From a virus (taxonomy: Duplodnaviria; Heunggongvirae; Uroviricota; Caudoviricetes), in the IMG/VR virus record IMGVR_UViG_3300014208_000025, positions 244,967-279,228 of that record: a stretch of DNA of 34,262 bases; one strand, 5' to 3'. The translations under genes were made by a program, and so were the position numbers. Positions 9,985 through 17,991 of this stretch are shown in pieces; positions within the stretch are counted from its first letter, which is position 1; every line of letters starts with the position of its first letter. Below the pieces are notes generated by a model. It made no database searches, was not told the DNA's origin, and worked only from the letters and a program-made list of their open reading frames with translations.

Positions 9985-10279
9985 GCAACGAATCTATCAC
10001 ATGTTAAGAAGTTGTCAAGTCCATATCCAAGAAATGATTGCCGTGGTCGGAGTAGGCTAGAATGTTACGTGGCCAAAGTGCTTTTTTTGAGTGCTATTCG
10101 TATGTGAATACGTTTTATATTTCAGAGAAAAAATTGACCGACGCAACAACGTGGACCAGCGAGGGGTGTCGCAGCCCCGCGTTTGCTGCGTTCAGAAGAC
10201 CACCCAGCACCCACGTACGGGGGGTAGCATTAGGTGTCGTTATGAACCCTATTAGGGATGCCGGTAGGGGAGGGTCAAC

Positions 10280-10507
10280 CTACAATTTAGGAACTTCGTA
10301 GATATAATTACGGTGAGATGTTTTAGTCCACCAGTATCCTTTTCGTGGATGTTTGATGAATGACAAAAACCGACCGGCTTCAACGCAGTCGTTTCCACAC
10401 CTTCCATCGTCTGAATCCAGTTTGGATGGAAATGAGTAGGTATGACCATTCCATTTTACGGTAACGATTTTGCATCCTTTTGAGTAAATTAGAGTAGCAT
10501 TTTTCAT
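10280..10507 (-). CDS. hypothetical protein
   Basis: 75-aa ORF. Confidence 0.65.
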   Translation of the reverse strand: MKNATLIYSKGCKIVTVKWNGHTYSFPSKLDSDDGRCGNDCVEAGRFLSFIKHPRKGYWWTKTSHRNYIYEVPKL

Positions 10508-10513
10508 ATTGTG

Positions 10514-10630
10514 TTATACCTTGACGAGTTTACGGAACGAAATACGGAATGCCCCTTTGAAGAAATACACTTTTCGATATGGAGCACCCTTCAATCGGTC
10601 CATGATTTGTTTATGCGTTGGTATTTTCAT
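10514..10630 (-). CDS. small basic protein (38 aa), leaderless
   Basis: TTGACA-N16-TAGGTT-N6-ATG. Confidence 0.55.
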   Translation of the reverse strand: MKIPTHKQIMDRLKGAPYRKVYFFKGAFRISFRKLVKV

Positions 10631-10710
10631 ATTGGAAACCTAACATACCTTTCGGTATTGTCAAATCCTATTAAGCGAATCTTTTGATACACTCAGGTTC
10701 GATTCCACGG

Positions 10711-10902
10711 TCAACGGTCGAGAGTGACGTGAGAACAATGTGACCAGCAGATTCTTCCGCTTTCAGTTTTGAAGGCGATTAGGCTTTTATCGAAGTTTTC
10801 ATCGTGAAGGGTGCCACGAGTTATCTTTCCTTCAAAGGAACGCTTGACCTTGGTGCCTTCGGGGTAGAAGTTGTTAGCCGTCGGAAGGAATATCGTTTTC
10901 AT
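10711..10902 (-). CDS. hypothetical protein, leaderless
   Basis: Promoter -10 box lies 6 nt before the ATG. Confidence 0.7.
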   Translation of the reverse strand: MKTIFLPTANNFYPEGTKVKRSFEGKITRGTLHDENFDKSLIAFKTESGRICWSHCSHVTLDR

Positions 10903-11048
10903 ACCGTCAACCTAACACACTAAAAATTTTTGTCAATTGAAATCGTCAAATAAAAATTGGAGGATCAATCATGGTTTCTAAGTGTGTGGCCACTATATTG
11001 TTACGACAAATCCACAAATCCAGGTTGACCCTCCACTGTAGTAGGGGG

Positions 11049-11231
11049 TTATGGTGGTAGGATGCCTTCGGCTTTGAGTGCTCGGTCAAGTTCCATAAGT
11101 AGTTCATCACCAAGAGTTGACGTGGCTGAGTAGGTTACTAAGGCGTTACGGAGAGCCAACAGTTTCCCTTTGGTGAATGTGGTATCGAGTCTGTATTGGT
11201 TTTCAGATCGTTTGTCTTTTGTGATTTTCAT
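11049..11231 (-). CDS. hypothetical protein, leaderless
   Basis: Promoter -10 box lies 6 nt before the ATG. Confidence 0.7.
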   Translation of the reverse strand: MKITKDKRSENQYRLDTTFTKGKLLALRNALVTYSATSTLGDELLMELDRALKAEGILPP

Positions 11232-11280
11232 ACTGACAACCTAACACACTAAAAATTTTTGTCAAATAAAAAAACAAATT

Positions 11281-11311
11281 TCCCCGTTACCCTCTGACAA
11301 GATAACGGGGA
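11281..11311 (-). terminator. intrinsic terminator
   Basis: TCCCCGTTA/TAACGGGGA stem followed by a T-run on the minus strand. Confidence 0.7.
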
Positions 11312-11332
11312 GTGTCAGACCGGAAATTGTTA

Positions 11333-11986
11333 TTACCGAGCCATGATAGGGTTTTGATCCATGACCAACACTGCGGCTGCCGCCGTTCCGACGTTGACCG
11401 TTGACGGATTGACTTCGAAACCGTAACCCTCGGGGGCGGTGAATTCGATTGTGTCACCGTTGACCTTGACACCACAGACATTACCCTCGTCCAAGGCAAA
11501 TTCACGGAATTTTCCGATTGACAACTGACGACGGAGTTTGTTTTTCTCGATTGTCAAGGGTGCAGATTTGACGGGTTTCTGCGGTTCTCCTTCAATGAGA
11601 ACGACTTTGGAATGAAGGAGGCCGAACAATTGAAGGGTATTGTCAACGGTGTTGAGGTTCAGACCGTTACCGATGGAAACGTATTGACCAACCTTGGTAT
11701 AATCCTCGTTCTGTTTTCCTTCCGCGTGGGCCGTGAGGGTTTTCTTGAGGGATTCCATGACTTCGACGGCGGCGGTGTAGGCAAGTGTCGTCTTGTTAAC
11801 CATTTCCGACATAAGGATTTCCAACTCCGTGACGGATTTTTCGACTGCGGTGTGGTAAGAAAAGCCGAGATTCACCGTGTAACGACCGAGTTCCTTGGTT
11901 TTCTTGGTGAAGTAAGTCAGAGAGGCGAACTGACATCCTTTTATTCCCTTGATGGATTCTGCGACTTGACCGATTTGAGTTTTCAT
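11333..11986 (-). CDS. hypothetical phage protein
   Basis: Long ORF; likely start MKTQIG after an A-rich leader. Confidence 0.8.
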   Translation of the reverse strand: MKTQIGQVAESIKGIKGCQFASLTYFTKKTKELGRYTVNLGFSYHTAVEKSVTELEILMSEMVNKTTLAYTAAVEVMESLKKTLTAHAEGKQNEDYTKVGQYVSIGNGLNLNTVDNTLQLFGLLHSKVVLIEGEPQKPVKSAPLTIEKNKLRRQLSIGKFREFALDEGNVCGVKVNGDTIEFTAPEGYGFEVNPSTVNVGTAAAAVLVMDQNPIMAR

Positions 11987-12109
11987 AACAGTTATTGATT
12001 TTACGTTCTGTTTATTGAGGTTGGAGTGATTTCCTTCCTTCAACATACACACAATAACACGGTTCTATAAAAAGTCAAATTATTTGTTTGGGTATTTGTC
12101 AAGTCAAGT

Positions 12110-12289
12110 TTACAAAAGCGGAAGGTTTCCTTCCTCAAGGTCGTCGGTCAACTCACGAAGGTCGTTCAGACTGCTACTACCTGAAACCATGAAAAGACGG
12201 TTGACGTGTTCCATTTCCGATTTCGTCATGGTTGGGTTGGCTTTCAGAATAGCGAGCACTTTTTTCATTAGTTTGAGATTTTTATTCAT
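12110..12289 (-). CDS. hypothetical protein (59 aa), leaderless
   Basis: TTGACA-N16-TAGGTT-N6-ATG; not in the ORF track. Confidence 0.65.
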   Translation of the reverse strand: MNKNLKLMKKVLAILKANPTMTKSEMEHVNRLFMVSGSSSLNDLRELTDDLEEGNLPLL

Positions 12290-12589
12290 ACCTACAACCT
12301 AACACACAATTAGAATGTGTCAAATGATTTGTTTGGGTATTTTCTGATGGTTGACGTGGAGGAAATAACTCAAATTAGGAGTTGACAATTCACTAAAAGC
12401 GGTTAAATTCATAGATCATTAACATGGATTCATTGGTCGGTCCGTCCTCAGAAATGGGGTTGTAGCCATAAAGGTAGGTCAAACCACGTTATATGAACGG
12501 GAAATCAATTCTGGAATTAGGGGTGGCGTAACTTCCTCTGACGGTTTATCGTCGTTTCTATGGACAACTTAACACAAAACTTGAGTGTG

Positions 12590-12772
12590 TCAAATTTTTT
12601 GTTTACTTAACCATTCTTTCATATCCACCATGAACTTTTCACGGTCTTGGTGATAGAGGTAATCTCCATAAAGTCGAGTGACTTGGTGGTATTTACCGTT
12701 ATGATGGTTTGTCGTATTGACGGAAAGGGAATTGAGATATGCTCTATATCGTTTAATATCACCACGTTTCAT
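12590..12772 (-). CDS. hypothetical protein, leaderless
   Basis: Own promoter; stop is the TGA of the next TTGACA. Confidence 0.7.
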   Translation of the reverse strand: MKRGDIKRYRAYLNSLSVNTTNHHNGKYHQVTRLYGDYLYHQDREKFMVDMKEWLSKQKI

Positions 12773-12819
12773 ACCAACACAATAACCCACTTGGCCCGAA
12801 AGTCAAGGGGATTGTTTGA

Positions 12820-13026
12820 TTATTTCACACGTCTGTAATCCGATGGAATGACGCTACCTTGGATGATGGGGTTATGTTTCCACGCGGAGGCCGGAGTTTT
12901 GTAACCGAGCCGAGTGTGGAGTCCGTGGGTTTGAGAGTAGGATTCAAATTCCTCAAAGGAAGTGTAATTCTTTCTAAGTTTGGATTGCCACCCTTCGATT
13001 CCCGATCTACATTTGATTCGTTTCAT
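12820..13026 (-). CDS. hypothetical protein, leaderless
   Basis: TTGACT-N16-TATCTT-N6-ATG. Confidence 0.7.
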   Translation of the reverse strand: MKRIKCRSGIEGWQSKLRKNYTSFEEFESYSQTHGLHTRLGYKTPASAWKHNPIIQGSVIPSDYRRVK

Positions 13027-13080
13027 ACGATGAAGATACCCCTTGACCGGTGAAAGTCAAGGGGTTTCTTTGAAAAATTG

Positions 13081-13551
13081 TTATGGTTCAAGTCGGATGT
13101 TGAAGGAACGACGGTAGTAGTTTACCGAATTGGTATGTTTTCCGAACCAGTATAGGTTTTCTTCGACGCTGCTCCAATTTCCATTGTCTTGAATACCGCC
13201 CAAGGCCCGAACCGCTTCGTAACAGCCAACTCCACAGTTCCGACGTTGCGGTTGGATGGATTCATCCAAGTTCGTCATCAATTTCAAGGTGCGGGCAATT
13301 GTCATTTTACTTACAACAATTCCGTGCCCCGCGAGGATTTCGACCATATCAGTTTGAGAGAAAGCCGAAGTTCTGTCACTTCCGTTCAAAATACAGGCTA
13401 CATAATACCACATGGGTTTTTCGTATTTGGCCCGTTGTGATTTACCGATGCCGTTATTGTCATCAAATTCGTTGATTTTGGTGACAACGTGGCGGCGATC
13501 AATAACACTTTTGATTTGGAGCCGTTTGACCGATGGATTTGGTTGTTTCAT
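13081..13551 (-). CDS. putative winged-HTH DNA-binding protein
   Basis: FSQTDMVEILAGHGIVVSKMTIARTLK resembles the ArgR-type N-terminal wHTH pattern. Confidence 0.55.
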   Translation of the reverse strand: MKQPNPSVKRLQIKSVIDRRHVVTKINEFDDNNGIGKSQRAKYEKPMWYYVACILNGSDRTSAFSQTDMVEILAGHGIVVSKMTIARTLKLMTNLDESIQPQRRNCGVGCYEAVRALGGIQDNGNWSSVEENLYWFGKHTNSVNYYRRSFNIRLEP

Positions 13552-13589
13552 TATATGGTAATGAGTTGAAGATTTTACGTGACCGTGGT

Positions 13590-13808
13590 TTAAGCTTTGG
13601 TGACGATTTGGTGAATGTTGGCCCGGGCGAGGTTATCCAAGGAATTCCCCGTCCGTTTCAATGCCCCACTGACGACATGTGAGACACGTTCAGCGGTTTC
13701 TCTACCGCCGGGAAGAGTTGTGCGATATTCAAACCCGAGAGCCTTGAATACCCATTTCTGCCCGACCGCACCGTAAGTTACTTGATTGTGTGTATAGACT
13801 TTTTTCAT
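13590..13808 (-). CDS. hypothetical protein
   Basis: 72 aa; promoter near 13884 with an A/C-rich (AAC)n leader. Confidence 0.7.
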   Translation of the reverse strand: MKKVYTHNQVTYGAVGQKWVFKALGFEYRTTLPGGRETAERVSHVVSGALKRTGNSLDNLARANIHQIVTKA

Positions 13809-13893
13809 GGTGTTGTTGTTGTTTTGTTGTTGACCGATGTTGTTCCTAACAGATACACCCTAACACAGATTGTTAAAATGTCAAGGGATTTGT

Positions 13894-14049
13894 TTAACTA
13901 TTTGGAAGAATCTTGACCCACACTTCAGCCCCGCGCCGATGGACGATTTTACCGTGAAGCGGAGCACCTTTATAGCCTCCGTTCTTAATGTATTCACGAA
14001 AACGGGGTTCTGACGTGAACCAATAGATGTTGCAACCAAGGTATTTCAT
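13894..14049 (-). CDS. small hypothetical protein (51 aa)
   Basis: Starts directly after the stop of 14051-14383. Confidence 0.55.
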   Translation of the reverse strand: MKYLGCNIYWFTSEPRFREYIKNGGYKGAPLHGKIVHRRGAEVWVKILPNS

Positions 14050-14050
14050 A

Positions 14051-14383
14051 TCAGTTCCAAGATGTGTTCTGACCTGGTTTGAGATAGGCGATTCCGTAGG
14101 GTGCGGTGCAGTCTAAGCCACCGTCGGAGTTGAAGATATTTCCGCGTGGGTGTTTGGCCGGAGTCTTGTAGGAAGCGGGCATCAGCACGTCTCCCGTCGT
14201 CTTATCAATGAAAGCGTAACACGAGTTGTCACGGAAGACACGGATGTAGCGTTTACCGTCTTTGATCGTGAACTTGGGTAGCGGAAGAATCGGGAAATGA
14301 GTCTTCATATACAAGTCAGACTTTACACGGACGCTGGCCAGCCACATTTTGAATTGAATGGTGTCTATGGTTACTTTATTCAT
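14051..14383 (-). CDS. conserved-looking phage early protein, leaderless
   Basis: GKRYIRV..YAFIDKTTGDVLMPASYKTPAKHPRGNI pattern; own promoter. Confidence 0.75.
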   Translation of the reverse strand: MNKVTIDTIQFKMWLASVRVKSDLYMKTHFPILPLPKFTIKDGKRYIRVFRDNSCYAFIDKTTGDVLMPASYKTPAKHPRGNIFNSDGGLDCTAPYGIAYLKPGQNTSWN

Positions 14384-14397
14384 ACCGCTACCCTAAC

Positions 14398-14475
14398 ATT
14401 GTTTTCAGAATTGTCAAATGAATTGTTTGGGTTATTATTGTTTTCAGAATTGTCAAATGAATTGTTTGGGTTATT
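14398..14475. repeat. 39-bp perfect tandem duplication of a promoter -35 region
   Basis: ATTGTTTTCAGAATTGTCAAATGAATTGTTTGGGTTATT x2. Confidence 0.95.
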
Positions 14476-14716
14476 TGTGGGTGGGTTTGGTATATGATTC
14501 GAGGGTATGAAGGGGGAACACGTCATTAAACAGTTGGCCCCAACTATCCCACGATTGACAGTGAGCCAATTTGTTAGTAGGGTCAATTTTGAAAACGGAA
14601 TAAATTCGTTTGACTTTTGGTTTGTTTTTGCCCATGTCACCCCGTTCAAACCCCGTGGCATCGGCCGCGTTGTAAATTCGGGAATCTTGAGAAACTACTT
14701 TGATTTCGGTATTCAT
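14471..14716 (-). CDS. hypothetical protein, leaderless
   Basis: TTGACA-N16-TAGGGT-N6-ATG. Confidence 0.7.
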   Translation of the reverse strand: MNTEIKVVSQDSRIYNAADATGFERGDMGKNKPKVKRIYSVFKIDPTNKLAHCQSWDSWGQLFNDVFPLHTLESYTKPTHK

Positions 14717-14746
14717 ACCGATACCCTACACTTGTTTTAAGTATTG

Positions 14747-14996
14747 TCAAGCAGTAAATGTGACCCAAAAGAAACTATCTCGTGCCGAACTGGATTGGGC
14801 ACCACCGACAAATGAGTGACAATGATCGCCAGAGTCAGTGATGACCGCCATAGGAATTTTCTCCTTGACTCGATTCACAAGTTTATCCGGACCGTTACCG
14901 TGCCGATAGAAATAACTGACCCAATATTTGAATTGCCCCCTTTGACTTTCTAACGTGTTGGGAGCCTAACAGTTCAATGACTTGTTTCGTTGTCAT
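14747..14996 (-). pseudogene. leaderless gene with a one-base frameshift in a G5 run
   Basis: MTTKQVIELLGSQHVRKSK joins GQFKYWVSYFYRHG...SFFWVTFTA* if 14936-14940 is G4; span is 3n+1. Confidence 0.65.
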
Positions 14997-15026
14997 ACCA
15001 TCATCCTACCATTGTTTTAAGTATTG

Positions 15027-15221
15027 TCAAGTGGTTTGTGGAAACTCTTTGACCCGCGTGACGGCGGTTGAACCGACTTTGAATCTGACTTTACGAGTGC
15101 CTCCGTTTTCATACAAACGAAGTGACCCATCCAGCCCAAAATCCACCATCAAATCGTTCTTGACATCCGTTTTGTTTGGAATGTCCACCGCAAATTTAAC
15201 GTGAACGTGTATCGTTTTCAT
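15027..15221 (-). CDS. hypothetical protein, leaderless
   Basis: Own promoter; stop within the next TTGACA. Confidence 0.7.
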   Translation of the reverse strand: MKTIHVHVKFAVDIPNKTDVKNDLMVDFGLDGSLRLYENGGTRKVRFKVGSTAVTRVKEFPQTT

Positions 15222-15265
15222 ATCCACACCCTAACACGAGTTGCGAGTTTGTCAACCGAAAATTT

Positions 15266-15460
15266 TCACTTTTTAGGGGCACATCCCGGCATGTAATCGT
15301 AACCGTCAAACCAGCCATTGCCCTTGGTGTTGGGATTGGAACAGTGACTTTGGGCTTCTGTCAGAGTGACGTTGGAGCGGAGTGTCCGGCTACCGGCCGA
15401 ATAACGGTAACGACGGATGCGGTAAATACGAGGTTCAGGTTGATAAGTTTCAGAGTTCAT
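15266..15460 (-). CDS. hypothetical phage protein
   Basis: 64 aa; LTEAQSHCSNP..WFDGY. Confidence 0.7.
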   Translation of the reverse strand: MNSETYQPEPRIYRIRRYRYSAGSRTLRSNVTLTEAQSHCSNPNTKGNGWFDGYDYMPGCAPKK

Positions 15461-15466
15461 GGTGTT

Positions 15467-15589
15467 TTATTGGTTGGTGAGAGCCCGCCAGATTCCCTTC
15501 AAGTGAAAAGTGATTCGGCCCCAACGACCGAGTTGACACTGTTTACAAATACAGAGCGAGTGACACTTGATTTGAATCATCTTTGACAT
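15467..15589 (-). CDS. small Cys-containing protein (40 aa)
   Basis: ATG 5 nt after a TATGAT -10 box. Confidence 0.5.
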   Translation of the reverse strand: MSKMIQIKCHSLCICKQCQLGRWGRITFHLKGIWRALTNQ

Positions 15590-15643
15590 ACCACATCATA
15601 CACTTGTTTTAACTATTGTCAAATAAATACTGAAAGAAAATGC

Positions 15644-15670
15644 GGGGCCGGTGAAACAGTCACCGGCCCC
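15644..15670 (-). terminator. intrinsic terminator
   Basis: GGGGCCGGTGA/TCACCGGCCCC stem followed by GCATTTTCTTT. Confidence 0.75.
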
Positions 15671-15688
15671 TATGAACAACGAACCAAC

Positions 15689-16060
15689 TTACACCGAAAT
15701 TCCAGACTTGAATTGGGCCTTGATCGTGGGACTGGCCCACTTGGTAGGAACCCGAACGCAATCCATTCGACTGACGGGCGTGGGCACCATTTCCGTTTTC
15801 GTCACTAAACGTTTGACGAAACGGAACTTGGGTTTCTCCGTGATATACACCGTGAAGTGTGTCGCGTATTTCAACGGTAGGTCTTGCCGGAGATTCCGAC
15901 GACGATTTTCTTCGATGTTTTTATACGGTTTCCGTGGGCCCCGACCCCTCACACTGACACCGTTTGGGGTGTTTTTCAAAAGTTTACGGAGGGTGCGGAT
16001 AAATTGTTTACCCTCCACGTTATTAGGAACGTGTTTGAATTGATTGATTGAATCGTTCAT
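15689..16060 (-). CDS. basic hypothetical protein
   Basis: 123 aa; promoter near 16132 with an A/C-rich leader. Confidence 0.7.
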   Translation of the reverse strand: MNDSINQFKHVPNNVEGKQFIRTLRKLLKNTPNGVSVRGRGPRKPYKNIEENRRRNLRQDLPLKYATHFTVYITEKPKFRFVKRLVTKTEMVPTPVSRMDCVRVPTKWASPTIKAQFKSGISV

Positions 16061-16135
16061 GGTGTTTTCGTTGTTGTCGTTGTTTTACCGTTTCACTACA
16101 CAACACCCTATCATTGTTTTCGGTATTGTCAAATT

Positions 16136-16351
16136 TTATTCTTCGGATTCCTCGGGAGATTCCACGTTGTCCATGATGGTAGCAAGTAAATGGTCATAGT
16201 CACCACTCATACATTCATCCATGACAGACTTGATTTCCTCGGGAGTCCAACCTTGACGCCGGGCGGCCCGTTGAAAGGCACCCATCACTGTGAAGGCGTT
16301 ACCGTCCAAACCAACTAATTCGAGTTTAACTTTTTTGGTTATTGTTATCAT
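16136..16351 (-). CDS. conserved-looking phage protein, leaderless
   Basis: LVGLDGNAF..A..QGW..EI...MSGDYDHLL pattern; own promoter. Confidence 0.75.
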   Translation of the reverse strand: MITITKKVKLELVGLDGNAFTVMGAFQRAARRQGWTPEEIKSVMDECMSGDYDHLLATIMDNVESPEESEE

Positions 16352-16390
16352 GTTGTTATCCTACCATTGTTTTCGGTATTGTCAAATTGT

Positions 16391-16765
16391 TTAGTGAAGA
16401 AAAGAACGACCGTCAACCAACCGACGAAACTCAACTTCAAAATGGTCTGACCCCATATTGAGGGGAACAAAGTTGTTGGGGCCGCCGGTGTAATCACGAT
16501 TCGACTGTGCCGTTCTGACCAACATGGTTTCTTTTGACCAACGGATATCACTGATGGAGAAATACCACATTTGACCGTTTCCCCAAGTGAAGAATCCGTT
16601 TATGTCGAAGTGATTCGGTTTCCCTATCTGAACCAACGTCGCACCGTGTTCCGTCAAGAACTTGGTGAACTCACGTTTGAACAGACGGTGCCACGAGAGA
16701 TATTCGGGCGTCCGTGACGATGAACTTTCAAAGTTGGTTTGAGTTAAGTCGAGTGCTCGTTTCAT
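16391..16765 (-). CDS. hypothetical phage protein, leaderless
   Basis: 124 aa; own promoter. Confidence 0.75.
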   Translation of the reverse strand: MKRALDLTQTNFESSSSRTPEYLSWHRLFKREFTKFLTEHGATLVQIGKPNHFDINGFFTWGNGQMWYFSISDIRWSKETMLVRTAQSNRDYTGGPNNFVPLNMGSDHFEVEFRRLVDGRSFLH

Positions 16766-16801
16766 ATTGACATCCTAACATTGTTTTGAGTATTGTCAAG
16801 T

Positions 16802-16996
16802 TCAATCTGCGAGATTATCGAGAATCCACTTGTCAACGTCGTGCAACGTCTTTTCAGTCTGAACGTGGTAACATTGACATTCATCGCAGAAATAAATCAG
16901 TTGTGGTTGGGCGTCAACGAGGGCACGGATTTGTTCCGTTGACAAGTCAAGCAAACTTAGTTCCTCGCCATTTTCGGTAATTTTGATATCTTTCAC
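16802..16996 (-). CDS. hypothetical protein, leaderless with GTG start
   Basis: TTGACA-N16-TAAGTT-N6-GTG. Confidence 0.6.
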   Translation of the reverse strand: MKDIKITENGEELSLLDLSTEQIRALVDAQPQLIYFCDECQCYHVQTEKTLHDVDKWILDNLAD

Positions 16997-17064
16997 AATG
17001 ACAACTTACACCACAATTATACATTGTCAAGTGGTTTGTTTCATAAAATAGTTTCACAAAACAT

Positions 17065-17296
17065 TTGACAAACTCCGTTATTGTGTTATCTTGTTGGCAT
17101 AATAGAAGATGTGGCTGAAAGATGCCGGAGAATAGGGGACCGGAGGCTGCGCAGATTCTTTTTGAAAATAAAACTTGACAACGCCCGTTTTTGTGTTATC
17201 TTATGGTACACCACCCGACCCCTAATTCCCGAACCATATAGGCGCCTATTGGGCATGGGACATAGCACTTGACAACGGCTAAAAATGTGATAGATT
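17065..17296 (+). promoter_or_regulatory. three tandem rightward promoters inside the leftward array
   Basis: TTGACA at 17065, 17175 and 17269, each with N16 then TATCTT, TATCTT or TAGATT. Confidence 0.8.
17099..17163 (+). ncRNA. candidate small RNA with AUAGGGGA loop, copy 1
   Basis: Promoter-driven with no ORF; CCGG-AGAATAGGGGA-CCGG hairpin; ends in a T-run; second copy near 26125. Confidence 0.5.
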
Positions 17297-17330
17297 GAAA
17301 ATGAAGGCGGAGTGTGTCCGCCTATACAGG

Positions 17331-17567
17331 CTATTGGCGCCCGTGGTATGCGTTATGGAGTGTCCCAACCGAGACTTGGGAACACCGTCCACATTTCCAC
17401 TTCCCCTGAGTGCCCTCTGGTTTGAAGGGACTGTCAATGAATTTTTCCTCGAATCCCTCCCCTGTAAAAATTTGAGCCTTAACCTTGGGTTGATACCGTT
17501 CAATGAGCACCCATGAATGATGTTTGAACACCTTACAGACGACCCAAATTATGAAGTCTTGCCACAT
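17331..17567 (-). CDS. hypothetical Zn-binding protein
   Basis: C..H.W and CGRC pattern. Confidence 0.6.
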   Translation of the reverse strand: MWQDFIIWVVCKVFKHHSWVLIERYQPKVKAQIFTGEGFEEKFIDSPFKPEGTQGKWKCGRCSQVSVGTLHNAYHGRQ

Positions 17568-17589
17568 GTTATACTTGTTCTATGGGATT

Positions 17590-17775
17590 TCAATTCAGAG
17601 GTTTATCGGTTTTAACTACTCTGACATCTTGTGTTTCGATGATACGGTTGATGCCTCCCATGCGATATGTAAATTCGTTTTTCTTGACGCCGACCAAGTT
17701 AAAGATGCCATGGCCCACTTCCGTCTTTTTGGAAAACTTAAAATGGTCGCCGATTTTTAGTTGATTGAATTTCAT
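17590..17775 (-). CDS. hypothetical protein, leaderless
   Basis: TTGACA-N16-TAAGGT-N6-ATG. Confidence 0.7.
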   Translation of the reverse strand: MKFNQLKIGDHFKFSKKTEVGHGIFNLVGVKKNEFTYRMGGINRIIETQDVRVVKTDKPLN

Positions 17776-17917
17776 AAAGTTACCTTACCATTCTTTTTTG
17801 TTTTGTCAAGTGTGACCGTGCGATTTCTGGCAAGGAGTCTTTACGAAAAAGGGCCGTACGGCCCCCAAAGAAAACAACGCGGGGGGTACCCTCCCCCCGC
17901 CGACGGGTCAGTTACGA

Positions 17918-17991
17918 GTCAGATACTTGCCGTAACGAATCCAAATGTCAATGGGTCAGATACTTGCCGTAACGAATCCAAATGTCAATGG
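17918..17991. repeat. 37-bp perfect tandem duplication
   Basis: GTCAGATACTTGCCGTAACGAATCCAAATGTCAATGG x2. Confidence 0.95.

Noticed and set aside
10690-10710. GGTTCGATTCC T-loop-like motif on the plus strand
   Set aside because: No acceptor, D or anticodon arm could be built, and it is antisense to local transcription.
14380-14661. 93-aa ORF with NNPNNSFDNSENN repeats
   Set aside because: The repeat is just the translation of the 39-bp promoter duplication, and the ORF overlaps 14471-14716.
14398-17991. 37-bp and 39-bp repeats as mini-CRISPR repeats
   Set aside because: The copies are directly adjacent with no spacer, and they duplicate local promoter or coding sequence.
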